Below, in pieces: positions 29,115-37,727 of a stretch of 64,000 nt of DNA; within the stretch, counting starts at the first letter, position 1; the number at the start of each line of letters is the position of its first letter. The notes below the pieces were generated by a model, which had not been told where the DNA came from, searched no databases, and saw nothing but the letters and a program-made list of their open reading frames with translations. A program made the translations under genes and the position numbers. This DNA is from Candidatus Thorarchaeota archaeon (GTDB lineage Archaea; Asgardarchaeota; Thorarchaeia; Thorarchaeales; Thorarchaeaceae), in contig JBHLQM010000001.1 of assembly GCA_048884785.1 (NCBI GenBank), positions 1-64,000 on the forward strand, read 5' to 3'.

Positions 29115-29906
29115 ATGAGAATTGGCGTTGCGCAGATGGAACCTCATGTTTGTGAATCCGAATACAATTTGAAGCATCTCTCTGAGATACTAAAGAAGGC
29201 AGATTCAGAAGATGTGGATGTGCTCGTTATACCTGAACTAGCAAACTCCGGGTATGCATTTAATTCCTTGAAAGAGGTTGAAAAATCAGCCGAGGAGATA
29301 CCAAGTGGAATATTCTCAAATCAGCTCCTTGAATGGTCAGGAAATGAACGATTAGTAGTAGCCGGCATATGTGAGAAAAAGAATGGGAGATTATACAACT
29401 CAGCGGGAATATTCAGCAATGGCAAATTGATGGAAGTATACCGTAAGATACACCTTTTCAGTGAAGAGAAGAGATGGTTTACGCCAGGCTCAGTTGAACC
29501 TCCAGTAGTAAGACATGGAGAATATAACTTTGGCATCATGATCTGCTGGGATTGGATTTTTCCCGAGGTGTCTAGAATATTGACATTAAAAGGTGCACAG
29601 GTAGTCCTTCACCCAGCAAATCTTGTACTAGCATATTGCCAAGCTGCGATGGTTACTCGTTCAATTGAGAATGGAATCTTCACAGCAACGGCAAATAGAA
29701 TAGGCACCGAGAGAGAGTTGATGTTTTCAGGAAAGTCACAAATAACCGATACGCGAGGCAAAGTGCTTATCTCGATGCCTGACGGAATAACCGGAGTTTA
29801 TTCTGCAGACATCAGCCCTTCTGAGGCAGACAATAAACACATGACCAAGAAAAACCATTTACTAAACGACCGAAGGCCTGACTTATACTCAAGGATTGCT
29901 ACCTAG
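29115..29906 (+). CDS. carbon-nitrogen hydrolase (nitrilase family)
   Basis: Glu-Lys-Cys triad motifs IPELANSGY, YRKIHLF and ICWDWIFPE. Confidence 0.92.
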   Translation: MRIGVAQMEPHVCESEYNLKHLSEILKKADSEDVDVLVIPELANSGYAFNSLKEVEKSAEEIPSGIFSNQLLEWSGNERLVVAGICEKKNGRLYNSAGIFSNGKLMEVYRKIHLFSEEKRWFTPGSVEPPVVRHGEYNFGIMICWDWIFPEVSRILTLKGAQVVLHPANLVLAYCQAAMVTRSIENGIFTATANRIGTERELMFSGKSQITDTRGKVLISMPDGITGVYSADISPSEADNKHMTKKNHLLNDRRPDLYSRIAT

Positions 29907-30270
29907 GGTTTCTGACTTTGTCCGGTATGCGACCGCGCCATTTATTGGCTGGATATTTGCTTTTGTTTTTCTCAAGTTTTTCGAGGATTGCTTTTGTTGG
30001 TTCAATTCCGGTAGTATCTGCTAGGCGTAGCATGTAAATTATGACATCAGCCATCTCATCGGCAATACTCTTCCTATATTCCTCACTTCTAAGCAGGTTG
30101 TCTATTTCCTCATGTGTAAGCCATTGGAATCGTTCAAGCAGCTCACCTAGTTCAATTGCAGCAGAAACAGCCAGTGAGGAGGGTTTTTGAAATCCTTCCC
30201 ACCCTCGTTCTTGAATGAATTCTCGGATGAGGATTGTGAGATTCTCTAGAGTGAGATCCTCATCGTTCAT
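29899..30270 (-). CDS. MazG-like nucleotide pyrophosphohydrolase (dCTPase-like)
   Basis: ERGW, ELGELLE.FQW, DEMADV and KN..KYP motifs. Confidence 0.88.
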   Translation of the reverse strand: MNDEDLTLENLTILIREFIQERGWEGFQKPSSLAVSAAIELGELLERFQWLTHEEIDNLLRSEEYRKSIADEMADVIIYMLRLADTTGIEPTKAILEKLEKNKSKYPANKWRGRIPDKVRNPR

Positions 30271-30281
30271 TCAAAACACCA

Positions 30282-30815
30282 CTACTTTTTCGGTTCTGCG
30301 GAAAAGGTTCTTTGAATTAACCATAGAGTGTAGATTGAGAAAGCAACAATAACTGCTGCAAGCAGAATTACAGAGGTATTGGAGCCTGGTATCAGCGATA
30401 CTCCAGTAGTAATCATTAGTATTGCATCCCAAACACCTGCGGCAGCCGAAACAATTACGACGATTAAATTCGTAAGCCCACCCCAACGTAGTCTTGAGCC
30501 TTCTGCTCCAGTCCAGACCTTGATTGAATTGATTGATGCAACTGCCACCAAGACCAACAATAGATATGTGGCAAGCAGGTAGTAAACCCACTGAGACCAG
30601 ATTGCTGGGGGCGTAAGCAGCGATAAACTGAGCCCTAGAACGATTAGAATGAAGGCTGTCTTTGGCCACGGATCATGGACGAAGGAACTAACACGCTCAG
30701 CAGGTGTTGCGTAGGAGCGCTCCTCATAGGAATCATTGTCGTCAGGGAATGTATCATCCTCGTCATCATACTCATCATCTTCAAATTCATCAAAATCTTC
30801 GTTGGAGTCGTACAT
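30282..30815 (-). CDS. four-TM membrane protein with acidic N-terminal tail
   Basis: About 35-aa D/E-rich N-terminus followed by four hydrophobic helices. Confidence 0.75.
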   Translation of the reverse strand: MYDSNEDFDEFEDDEYDDEDDTFPDDNDSYEERSYATPAERVSSFVHDPWPKTAFILIVLGLSLSLLTPPAIWSQWVYYLLATYLLLVLVAVASINSIKVWTGAEGSRLRWGGLTNLIVVIVSAAAGVWDAILMITTGVSLIPGSNTSVILLAAVIVAFSIYTLWLIQRTFSAEPKK

Positions 30816-30932
30816 TCGTATAGCCTCGTTCTTGCATCTTGATTTCGTTTTAACGTCCTCGTTAAAACCTTATTGTCAGAGAGAGATTCCGTCATGAATA
30901 TCATTAAAACAACAAACTGATTCGAGCCATAC

Positions 30933-31541
30933 ATGTCATCTGATGGTCTTTCTTTCGATAAGCTGCTGCAAGAAGCAAGACTATTGCGACAGAGCGGCGA
31001 GAATAAGAAGGCCATAGAAGTGTATCGCCGAGCCTTGGAGATAAAACCTGAGTCTATTGTAGCGCTAAATGAAATGGGAGTGACACATATCCGCATTGGA
31101 GAACAAGCTGAAGCCATTATGGTATTTGATACGGCCATTTCAATCAAACCCGATGAAGCTTCATCTCATATCAACAAAGTCGAAGCATTCCTTACACTTG
31201 GTTCATTTGAAGAAGCCTTGATTTCCGCCGATATTGGACTTATTGTAGCTCCGACAAATGCAGTATTGCATGAAAAGAGAGCACGAGCCTTAGAGAGTTT
31301 ACTTCGAATACCAGAGGCTGTGGATGCATTCAACGAATCAATCAGATATGATTCGGAGAATCCTGAAACTTGGAAAGCTCTTGCTCTGTGTCTCGATGCC
31401 CAAGCGAAGTGGGTTGAAGTTGCCAGGGCGTATAGAATAGCCGGCTCTTTGCATCAAAAAAGAGGAGAACTTAGGGATGCTGAGAGTTGTTTCAAGTTTG
31501 CTGAGATGGCAGAGAAATCCTCTTCCGATGAAATGGCATAG
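30933..31541 (+). CDS. TPR-repeat protein
   Basis: About five TPR-like repeats (AIEVYRRALEIKPE, AFNESIRYDSENPETW). Confidence 0.88.
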   Translation: MSSDGLSFDKLLQEARLLRQSGENKKAIEVYRRALEIKPESIVALNEMGVTHIRIGEQAEAIMVFDTAISIKPDEASSHINKVEAFLTLGSFEEALISADIGLIVAPTNAVLHEKRARALESLLRIPEAVDAFNESIRYDSENPETWKALALCLDAQAKWVEVARAYRIAGSLHQKRGELRDAESCFKFAEMAEKSSSDEMA

Positions 31542-31596
31542 TTCATGAAAAAGACATTGGTGACTTGAGAACTCTGCTTCTCAAGTCACATGGTTT

Positions 31597-33309
31597 CTAT
31601 TTCGTCTTCCGGGTTTTTCTTCGTTTAGTGCTTTTGCGACTAGTTAGCATACCCTTCTTGTATGCGACTGCACCGCCTCCACCGCAAATAATTCCAATGC
31701 CAGCAACTGCAAGCCAAATCCCGAATTCTGCCAGGAATTGGGCAAGAGGATCAGTTGGTGGTGGGGTTGTTGTCGTCGGTGTGGGCGTGGTAGTCGGAGA
31801 AGCAATAGAATTGCGAACTCTTATGACCATGGGAAGACCAGTGTGCCAAACAGCACCAACTCTAACTCGTCCGACAACAGTTATGTTTGTCATATCGGCC
31901 TGAGCTGGAATCACTTGGAAGTAGTTCTCCATTTCTTCCTCTTGTGACATATAGATATTCTCTAGGATAGAGGTGTTTGTCCAAGTACCTTCATTCACCT
32001 TAACGTCGAGTTCAACGTCATCAACGTTCTCCGAGCCATTTAGCATGTGTGCGAAAACTGTCACATTGATGACAGAGATACTGGTGGGAATGTTAGGAGT
32101 CCAGTATACGTTCACATCATCAAGAGATTCTGCACCAGCAATTTCCCAATCGAAATCATAGATTTGCTGATACCACTGTGCAATCCCCTCATGTTCTATT
32201 ATAACACCTGCTTCTCTGTTTTCGGTAATGCTATCATCACTGTAGTTTATGCTGCTAATTAGCACTATCTGACCATCAACGATAATGCCCTTATTGTGGT
32301 TTGCCGTGAACCATCGTGTATCTTGCCACACGATTGGGATTCCATGTTCCACGAAGAGTTCTTCAACGATTTCCCAATCATATTCTTCTTCGGATATAAC
32401 ACGAACTGTAACTCCACGTTCTCTGGCTGCAAGAATAGCATCCACAATTTGGTTGACAGATCCTCCCTCATCAACATTTGTGAAGTATGGAATTTGAATA
32501 TCCAAAGTAGCTTGAGCAGAATTGATACAATAAAGAATTCCATCAAGACTTGTATCGGGACTAAAGATTGGTGTCACCTTCATTGAACCGCTGAATTCTC
32601 CTGCCGTGGCAAAAGGTGCCGGGTAAGTGCTTGTAGCAGTAGGTAGAGTCAGGGCATCACCCGTTCCATGGGTGCCTGCGTCATAGACTGTTCCATTCTT
32701 CCAATCACCATCAAAAACTGCACGGTAATAACCAGTAACATCACTGTCGGTCATCGCGATACTCCATTCTCTGTTGGCTTTGTATCCGTCTTGGGGGAAG
32801 CTTGTTTTAGCCCAATTTCCAGAATGGACAATGGTTGTTTCATTATCAATGATAACGAATTTCTGATGTGCAAGTTTAAAATCATCAGAATTTGTCCATT
32901 TGACTTCATACCCTAACTCCGTTAGGTTGTTAGCTACATATTTGTTAGGAGTTGGATAGCCGAGACTATTCCATCCAATTAAGAACTTCATATCTAGAGA
33001 TGGTTTTGTATCGTGGAGTTCGTGAATGAGATCTAGAATGAATGGGTCATTGATTCCATAAATCTCTATATAGATGCTCTCTTCTGCTGAATTCAGGAAA
33101 TGAAAGAGTGCATCTTGACTTCCATCTGGTGATGTGAATGTTGTTACATTCATATTTTTCTCAAAGGTTTGCCAAGTGTGTGTCTGTGCGACTAGTACCG
33201 ACTCACTCATACTAGGTGTAGTAGTTGGTGTTACAGCCAACGGTGTACCGGACAGTGCTATTAGAAATACAATTGACATTCCAAGAACAATGTGGTGGGT
33301 CTTACTCAT
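31597..33309 (-). CDS. membrane-anchored extracellular phospholipase D-superfamily protein
   Basis: Signal peptide, two HKD motifs (HQKFVIID...SGNW; HNKGIIVD...SSIN), Thr/Pro linker, C-terminal TM helix and basic tail. Confidence 0.9.
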   Translation of the reverse strand: MSKTHHIVLGMSIVFLIALSGTPLAVTPTTTPSMSESVLVAQTHTWQTFEKNMNVTTFTSPDGSQDALFHFLNSAEESIYIEIYGINDPFILDLIHELHDTKPSLDMKFLIGWNSLGYPTPNKYVANNLTELGYEVKWTNSDDFKLAHQKFVIIDNETTIVHSGNWAKTSFPQDGYKANREWSIAMTDSDVTGYYRAVFDGDWKNGTVYDAGTHGTGDALTLPTATSTYPAPFATAGEFSGSMKVTPIFSPDTSLDGILYCINSAQATLDIQIPYFTNVDEGGSVNQIVDAILAARERGVTVRVISEEEYDWEIVEELFVEHGIPIVWQDTRWFTANHNKGIIVDGQIVLISSINYSDDSITENREAGVIIEHEGIAQWYQQIYDFDWEIAGAESLDDVNVYWTPNIPTSISVINVTVFAHMLNGSENVDDVELDVKVNEGTWTNTSILENIYMSQEEEMENYFQVIPAQADMTNITVVGRVRVGAVWHTGLPMVIRVRNSIASPTTTPTPTTTTPPPTDPLAQFLAEFGIWLAVAGIGIICGGGGAVAYKKGMLTSRKSTKRRKTRKTK

Positions 33310-33405
33310 CTTTTTCTCCTCAGGTCCACATTCAGACTAAATTCCGAACGTACTGGTTAGACTTATACCTTACTCAATGGTATTAAACTACAAGAGGAGT
33401 TCACC

Positions 33406-33663
33406 TTGAAATTGTTCTACAGACTAGATCCAGACAAGTACAGGGATGCACTTGACAAGATTAAGAATGAGTATGATATGCACGAGGAAGTCGATGAAGC
33501 AAAAACGATGCTTCTGCTTAACACCGAGGATAAGATAGAACTCGTTTCCGGAATGTATGATCCGGCTGAGGATGATGTTGCTACAATTAGAGTAGTCCTA
33601 GTTGACGAATCCCTCAAAGGATTCTTTGATTCAGTACTAGGTGAACCATACAAAGTAAGATAA
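33406..33663 (+). CDS. small acidic hypothetical protein
   Basis: TTG start with GAGGAG RBS, 85 aa. Confidence 0.7.
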   Translation: MKLFYRLDPDKYRDALDKIKNEYDMHEEVDEAKTMLLLNTEDKIELVSGMYDPAEDDVATIRVVLVDESLKGFFDSVLGEPYKVR

Positions 33664-33722
33664 AACAAGTATCGACGACAGGGAGCACTTCCGTAAAGTT
33701 GGAAGCAACTCCCATGTCGAGT

Positions 33723-33749
33723 TACCAATACCAAAATCTGGCATTGGTA
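33723..33749. terminator. hairpin between convergent genes
   Basis: Near-perfect inverted repeat TACCAATACCA...TGGCATTGGTA just downstream of the ferredoxin stop. Confidence 0.5.
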
Positions 33750-33764
33750 GTCTATTGTTCTGGA

Positions 33765-33944
33765 TTATTCCTCGATAGCGCCTTCGGGGCAGCTGTCTAC
33801 ACATGCATAGCACTCGGTGCATTCGTCTGCTCTGGCAACCTGATATACTGCTTTGTCGTTGACGACGTATAGAGTCGGATCAACAGGACAAACATCAGCA
33901 CAGGTTCCACAGGCTGTACAATTGTCATTTACCTTCCAGATCAT
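33765..33944 (-). CDS. 2[4Fe-4S] ferredoxin (59 aa)
   Basis: Not in the ORF track. Manual translation MIWKVNDNCTACGTCADVCPVDPTLYVVNDKAVYQVARADECTECYACVDSCPEGAIEE* has two CxxCxxCxxxCP motifs. Confidence 0.95.
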   Translation of the reverse strand: MIWKVNDNCTACGTCADVCPVDPTLYVVNDKAVYQVARADECTECYACVDSCPEGAIEE

Positions 33945-34152
33945 CGTTGGTCACTTCTTTGTTGGACTCTTTGTGAATCCTTCGACAGTTTTGCGCAGAC
34001 TCTTCCCATTTAAACTTCGGGGTTTGTAAAGCAAGTCTCCTATAGAAGCAATCGAGGCATTGTTGTAGTAGGAATATTCAAAAGGACCTCAAATTCGAGG
34101 TCGGAAGATTGACAACGAGTCCCAGTGCAGTGACTGAACCAGGTGATTAGTT

Positions 34153-35499
34153 TTGGTTGAATCCTTTGTCGATGAGCGCCAAGCGGGTAAATTTGCCCGC
34201 CGACTAGGTCTCATCGGAGCAACTAACATTGGCTTAGGCGCGATGTTAGGCGGCGGTATCTATGTCATATCAGGTACGGCTGCAGGAATGGTTGGTCCAA
34301 GTCTAGTCATTGCCTATTTAGTGACCGGGCTTATCACCGTGTTCACCGCAATTAATTATGCAGAGCTAGCATGTTCAATACCAAAGCAAGGCGGAGGGTA
34401 TACATTTGCCAATGATACCATTGGGGGGTTTCCGGGATTTCTTACAGGTTGGTTCCTTTTCATTGGTAATGTTGTGGCATGTGGCTTGTACTCTCTTGCA
34501 GTCGCACACACTTTTGTTGCATTCATTCCTGATGCTACCGAATCGACGGTGGGTTTCTTTGCGATTATTATCATCTTTATCACATTTCTCACTAATATCA
34601 TAAGCATCAAGGGTGTATCTGGGGTTCTGGGGATACTGAATATAATTCAGTCAATAGTCTTGTTCTCATTCATCTTGATTGGCTTCTTCTTCATCCAGCC
34701 ATCAAATCTAGATCCATTCATTCCTGATTTTGTTGGAATACCGCAATTCATGACTGCGGTTTCATTCATATACATCAGCTTTGTTGGCTTCGAATTGATC
34801 ACAACTGCATCTGAAGAGATCAAAGATCCGGCAAGAAACATACCCCGGGCAATCATGTTGACCCTAGCCATAGCAACCACTGTCTATATGGCCGCAGCTC
34901 TTGTAATTGTTGGAGCGGTGAATTATACTGAGGTTTCTACTACAAGTACTCCTATTGCCGATGTCTTTGGCTTCATGCTCGGACCTGGAGCTCGATACGT
35001 TGGCTTGGCCGGGATGGCGGCATCCAATTATGCCGCTCTTAATGCAACATTTTTGGCAACAGCTCGTGTTGCATACTCAATGGGTAGAGACAGATTCTTT
35101 CCTGCCGTTCTTGACCGTGTCAATCCGCGGTTCAAAACTCCGATTCCAGCATTAATCACAGCTCTAATCCTTGTAAGTGTATTCGCCCTGCCGGGGGATG
35201 TATCTCTGGTTGCATCGCTATCAGACTTCGGGTACCTTGTAGGTCTATCAATTGTGAATGCCTCTGTTATTATGCTTCACAGAAAAGGACTAAGTGTACC
35301 AGGAACGTTCAAGGCACCTTGGTTTCCGGCAATACCAATTCTTGGCGTGATAACATGCCTCATCCTTGTGCCAAGTCTGCACTATGAAACTCTTCTATTG
35401 GGTGCATTATTGACAATCATCGGCCTGATTGTGTATGGGTTATACGGAGGCAGAAGAAATCGATCCTACGTACTCCTTACAAATGGCGAGGACATCTAA
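34153..35499 (+). CDS. APC-superfamily amino acid permease
   Basis: GAMLGGGIY, YAELA..IPKQGGGY, FVGFE, EEIKDPARNIPRA; about 12 TM helices. Confidence 0.93.
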   Translation: MVESFVDERQAGKFARRLGLIGATNIGLGAMLGGGIYVISGTAAGMVGPSLVIAYLVTGLITVFTAINYAELACSIPKQGGGYTFANDTIGGFPGFLTGWFLFIGNVVACGLYSLAVAHTFVAFIPDATESTVGFFAIIIIFITFLTNIISIKGVSGVLGILNIIQSIVLFSFILIGFFFIQPSNLDPFIPDFVGIPQFMTAVSFIYISFVGFELITTASEEIKDPARNIPRAIMLTLAIATTVYMAAALVIVGAVNYTEVSTTSTPIADVFGFMLGPGARYVGLAGMAASNYAALNATFLATARVAYSMGRDRFFPAVLDRVNPRFKTPIPALITALILVSVFALPGDVSLVASLSDFGYLVGLSIVNASVIMLHRKGLSVPGTFKAPWFPAIPILGVITCLILVPSLHYETLLLGALLTIIGLIVYGLYGGRRNRSYVLLTNGEDI

Positions 35500-35732
35500 C
35501 CGCCGACTGTAATGAAAGACTCGAAGTCATCAATCTCGGGCATTAATGATATTCTTTCAATAAACTCCCTGTAGAACTCAAGGCTTGGAACAGTAACCCA
35601 AGCAATAACATCGATTTTCCCATCGCGGATTGTGTGTGCCTCGAGCACCTCGCTCTGTGCTCTCAGTTCTTGAGTGATCTTCTTTGCCTGGCCTTTTTTA
35701 GCTTTTACCGTAAAGAGCACTTTGATGGACAT
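35496..35732 (-). CDS. stand-alone Lrp/AsnC ligand-binding (RAM) domain protein
   Basis: EVLEAHTI.DGKIDVIAWV pattern with no HTH. Start re-placed at ATG 35732. Confidence 0.75.
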   Translation of the reverse strand: MSIKVLFTVKAKKGQAKKITQELRAQSEVLEAHTIRDGKIDVIAWVTVPSLEFYREFIERISLMPEIDDFESFITVGG

Positions 35733-35788
35733 GTTCCTTTTAGAATGCAAAAGGAGCATAAGATTCCTTCTATTATGGGAAAATGAAA

Positions 35789-37597
35789 TTAAATTGGATC
35801 TTCTTTATCAAGCCATTCACGCAGAGTCTTTGCACTAGCTAGTGACATACCTTCTGCCTTTGCGAGCTGCTCGGCGGTTGCTTTACGCACTTCATCATAG
35901 CTTCCGAAGTGAAGCAATAGTGCTTGACGGCGTTTTGGACCGATTCCAGGCGCCTCCTCAAGAATTGAGCCACTGAATCTCTTCTCTCTTAGCTTATGGT
36001 GGTACTTCTGCGCAAATCGATGAGCCTCATCACGTACGTGTTGAACTAGCTTGAGACCATCTGAATCTGCATCAAGAAAAACACCATCCATATTATCTCG
36101 AGTAAAGAGAGTTTCTTCCCTCTTTGCTATTGCAGCCACATGAAGGTATTCAAGTCCCAGCTCACCGAGAGCTTTCAATGCAACATTAAGCTGACCCTTT
36201 CCGCCATCAACAATGATTAAATCAGGTAGGGCCTTTCCTTCTTCTAGTCTTCCTCGATATCTTCGGACAATCACTTCATGCATCATTGTATAATCATCAG
36301 GTGTTTCTTTGGACCGTATTCTAAACATACGATAGCTCCTATTTGCTGGCTCGCCATTTCTAAAGACTACACATGATCCCGTCGGGTCGGTTCCCTGAAT
36401 GTTCGCAATATCGAATCCCTCAATGTGAAGGGGTGCACGAGAGAGACGCAGCGCCTCCTTGAGCTCCTTCACTCCGTCATTGACAATCTCCTCATCACTC
36501 TCACCAAGAATCAGAATCTTTCGTAGTTGTCGATATGCGTTCTTGTTGGCCATCTCCACAAGCTCAAGTCTTTTACCCTTATCTGGAACAATAAGCTTGA
36601 CAGGAGAGCAAGCAGTCTCTTCCAGCCAACCCTCTAGTTTCCTCATATCAGTTATTTCAACGGGCATCAGTATTTCTTCAGGTATTTTGGGGAGCATGAA
36701 ATAGAACTGCTCAACAAATGTGGTGAGTACATCAGCATCTGTGGAATCCATGTTCTCCTCGAAATAGAAACTATCTTGGCCAATAAGGCGTCCTCCTCTA
36801 ACTAGAAGCATCTCAATCAGCGCAGCCTCTTCTGTCCGAGCTATTCCAAGGATATCTCTGTTTACACCACCTGTGTCAACCATCTTCTGTCCTCGCATGA
36901 TTATCTCGATATCCTGAAGGCGGTCTCTTACTTCTGCTGCTTTTTCGAACTCAAGATTTCTCGATGCCTCTTCCATTTGACCGTGAATCATCTCCGTCAA
37001 TTGCTCTGATTGTCCATCTAGAAACAGACACATCTGCTCGATGAGGAGTTTGTAATCATCTTTAGGAATCAGATTCTGACAGATACCTTTGCACCTCTCT
37101 AGATGATAATCCATGCAGACCCTCTTCATCTTGGTTGGGTCGGGACACATAGCAATAGGTATGTACTTACGTATGGTGTCCAGGAATTTCTCCAGTCGCT
37201 TTGTGCTTCTATATGGTCCGAAGTACCTGGCACCATCTTTCTCAACGTCTCGAGTTACGAAGAAGGTGGGTTTCTCGGATTCGAGGTCTACTCGTATCCA
37301 AGCATGTTTTCTATCATCCTTGAGAGCTCTATTGAACTTTGGCTGGTGCTTTTTTATTAGTGTTGCCTCAAGGATGAGTGCTTCACGTTCATTGTTAGTC
37401 ACGATTGTCTCCAAATCTCGAGCTCTCTGCATCAATTCCCATGTTTGTCTCTCGTGATGGTTGCGCAGATACGATCCAACTCTCTTTCTGAGTTCCTTGG
37501 CCTTGCCAATGTAAAGAATTTCGCCCTTTTCATCCTTCCAGAGATATACTCCTGGCTGGAGAGGGAGATCCTTCACAAGTGTATCAAGGTCCGACAC
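35789..37597 (-). CDS. uvrC: excinuclease ABC subunit C
   Basis: GIY-YIG (PGVYLW...LYIGKA), Cys-rich region, UVR domain (FEKAAEVRD), RNase H-like domain (GFDIANIQG, VDGGKGQ), C-terminal HhH (PGIGPKR). Confidence 0.97.
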   Translation of the reverse strand: MSDLDTLVKDLPLQPGVYLWKDEKGEILYIGKAKELRKRVGSYLRNHHERQTWELMQRARDLETIVTNNEREALILEATLIKKHQPKFNRALKDDRKHAWIRVDLESEKPTFFVTRDVEKDGARYFGPYRSTKRLEKFLDTIRKYIPIAMCPDPTKMKRVCMDYHLERCKGICQNLIPKDDYKLLIEQMCLFLDGQSEQLTEMIHGQMEEASRNLEFEKAAEVRDRLQDIEIIMRGQKMVDTGGVNRDILGIARTEEAALIEMLLVRGGRLIGQDSFYFEENMDSTDADVLTTFVEQFYFMLPKIPEEILMPVEITDMRKLEGWLEETACSPVKLIVPDKGKRLELVEMANKNAYRQLRKILILGESDEEIVNDGVKELKEALRLSRAPLHIEGFDIANIQGTDPTGSCVVFRNGEPANRSYRMFRIRSKETPDDYTMMHEVIVRRYRGRLEEGKALPDLIIVDGGKGQLNVALKALGELGLEYLHVAAIAKREETLFTRDNMDGVFLDADSDGLKLVQHVRDEAHRFAQKYHHKLREKRFSGSILEEAPGIGPKRRQALLLHFGSYDEVRKATAEQLAKAEGMSLASAKTLREWLDKEDPI

Positions 37598-37727
37598 GAT
37601 AGCTCAACCCAATTAATGATTTACCCTACAAGAGAGCTTTGATATTACCCTAATCAACGCAGCGAATGATGAAAAAGTTCAGACGATATGGCGCGAAAAA
37701 TGATGCTTCACTGGATTGATTCTCATT

